A stretch of DNA of 64,000 nucleotides from Macrostomum lignano (lineage: Eukaryota). Made by a program: the position numbers and the translations under genes. Under the pieces are notes generated by a model, which did not search any database, was not told the DNA's origin, and was given only the letters and a program-made list of their open reading frames with translations. Within the stretch, counting starts at the first letter, position 1. Every line of letters starts with the position of its first letter. The stretch lies in assembly GCA_002269645.1 (NCBI GenBank), contig NIVC01002744.1, forward strand, positions 43,393-107,392, written 5' to 3'. This document shows positions 61,940 to 64,000 of this stretch, in pieces.

Positions 61940-62150
61940 TGGACATGATGATGATGATGATGGCCATGATGTTGATGTTGATGATGATGATTATGATGAA
62001 GATGATGAGGATTCTCATAATGATGATGATTTTGATGATTATTATGTTGATGATTTTAATTATGATGATGATTTTAATGATGAGGATGATAACTATATCT
62101 GATGATGATGACGATGATGATGGTGATAGTGAAGATGTTGACGATGATGG
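61940..62150. repeat. Degenerate (GAT)n microsatellite, resuming at 63963-64000
   Basis: Split by the retrotransposon; explains the Met/Asp/Ile-rich ORFs. Confidence 0.93.
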
Positions 62151-63962
62151 ACCCCACACAAGTTCTATTGAGGCTAAACGAGGACGCGGAAAAGCTGCGG
62201 ACAGCCCAGACTTTGAGGATTCCATGAACGGTGAGATAACGCTCCTCGATCTGCGAAAGGCGTACCCTCGGGTAAACAAACCAGCATTGTGGGAACTGCT
62301 GAAGCATTACAACATGCCCGACCGCGTCATCGCGAAGCTCCGCGACCTGCACGAGCACACCATGTACAAGGTGATGTGCGACAAAGAAGTCAGTACCGGC
62401 TTCTTCCCTCAACGAGGCCTCCGAGAAGGCTGCGCTACCTCACCTATACTGTTCAACGTTTACCACCAAGCAATCATCCGCCTCGCAGAGACGAAACGTG
62501 CCGAAAGAGCCACGGCTATCGGACTCGAGCATGGCATACGGTGGACTACACGCTCCGGGCACAGTTTACCACCCAACGTGTCAACATCTACAACGAAGAA
62601 ACCACAGAGGTGAACATCTCTATATCGCTGTTCGCGGACGACACGACGATCATTGGCACAAGAGCTGAGTGCCAGCTCGGCACACAGACCGTAAAGGAAG
62701 TGATGGGCACGCTGGAAGAACGCACTAACGACGACAAGGAAGAACATGCGGTCTTAGGAACTGAAGAGGCCAAGAAGATCCGAATGCTCGGAACCTGGCT
62801 GGGAAGAAAAGAAGACCTAGGCAGAGACTGCAAAGGGGGGCCAGAGCGTGGCGGGCCTGCGAAACATGCTACGCCGCACTCGACTGAGCAAGAGGACCCA
62901 AGCCAGAGTGGTCGAGGCCTGCGTTGAGAGCACGATGCTTTTCAACGCGCCGGAGCGCGCCTTTCCAAAAAGGAGAAATCCGCAAGCTGCAACAAGCAAT
63001 GGATCGGCGGTATCGAACAATATGGAGTAACAAGTCGAAACCACCACTGATCGAGATGGAGGAACGTGGTGTCAACATGTGGGACGTACGGTGCGAACTT
63101 GAAATACGCAGCATCAATTCAAAGATCGAGTTGGCACACTGGAGAAGAATGGGGCACGTGCTGCGACTGCGGACAACAACACAACCAAAGGTGCGGTGCT
63201 AGGATGGAACAAGAACCTCGAAGGCATACGGAAGGCGAAGAAGCGCAAGCAGACCCTCATGAGTTTTTGGAAGAAGTTAGTGCGGAGTGCAAGAATGGAC
63301 GAACTCGAGATCGAACGGTTGGTGATGGACCGTGACGGGTGGAGAGAACGGATCAAAGCGCGGGAGAAGGAAGTATATAACAGGAGAATCTCAAAAGGAA
63401 GCAAGCCCAAACAGACAACCACCAGATGCAGACGGCAACAGAGATGGAACCGGAGACCGAACTGACGGGATTCCGCTGCCGTTACGAGGGGTGCCGCAAA
63501 ACGTGCGCGTCGAGGGGCGGCCTCGCCATCCATCAGCGCCGGATGCACCACCAAGTCGTGAAAGTAGAGCTCCCCTGCCAGAAGTGCGGAACAAACTTCA
63601 GCACGGAGGCCACAAGGAAAAACCACATGAAGTGGTGCCGTGGAGGACAACAAGACGGCAAGACGACGCAATGCACAGAATGCGGCAAATGGATCAGTAG
63701 GACTAACTTTGCCCGTCACAAGAATAGCTGTAAGACGAGACAAGTCAGAGCAGGGACGGGTGAAGACCACCACAACTGAGCAGCAGGACCACCAAACGAC
63801 CGAAACTGCAGCGCGTATCTACCGGAGCGTCCAGGTACCTTGCCCTTCCTGCGGGAGAATGCTTGCCCGCACGAACATGGCGAGACACCGCAGAGTCTGC
63901 GAGCAGTAACCATTCGGGTAATCACGCCGACCGGCGACAAAAGGATAACAAGACAAGACAAG
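62151..63962 (+). mobile_element. 5'-truncated, frameshifted RTE-like non-LTR retrotransposon (RT plus four C-terminal zinc fingers), antisense within a SAS-6 intron
   Basis: RT motifs LLDLRKAYPRV, GLREGCATSPILFN, LFADD, RMLGTWLG, and RTE-type MDRDGWR. Fingers CRYEGC..H..H, CQKC..H..C, CTEC..H..C, CPSC..H..C. 3' tail (ACAAG)3. GAT-rich sequence on both sides. Confidence 0.88.
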
Positions 63963-64000
63963 ATGTTGATGATGAAGATGTTGATGTTGGTGTTGATGAT

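Noticed and set aside
61894-62150. Poly-Met/Asp N-terminus of the RT ORF
   Set aside because: Translation of the host (GAT)n microsatellite, not part of the element.

Overview
Eukaryotic (animal) genomic DNA with GC-rich exons and introns packed with micro- and minisatellites. This style is consistent with the flatworm Macrostomum lignano, but that is an inference and not proven. Most long ORFs in the supplied track are repeat translations. Splice-aware reading by hand gives the following. (1) The 3' seven exons of DSTYK (+, 120-9238). (2) A tandem cluster of three minus-strand genes for an unrecognised single-pass type I membrane protein (A 11321-16162, B 17980-26061, C 27701-34796). B is a hybrid of A's ectodomain and C's tyrosine-rich tail, with the switch inside the transmembrane exon and a premature stop just after it. 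(3) A CCR4/Angel/PDE12-like EEP nuclease (-) whose probable first intron contains a complete same-strand YccV/HspQ-domain gene flanked by a 16-bp direct repeat. (4) An ENTPD5/6-like NTPDase (-). (5) A head-to-tail dimer of ~4-kb non-autonomous Helitrons carrying satellites and a tRNA-Ser remnant. (6) The 3' part of SAS-6 (-). (7) A 5'-truncated RTE-like retrotransposon with four C-terminal zinc fingers inserted in a (GAT)n tract. Several tandem repeats appear to be amplified directly from exon ends. No CRISPR, rRNA or intact tRNA was found. All coordinates were counted by hand.
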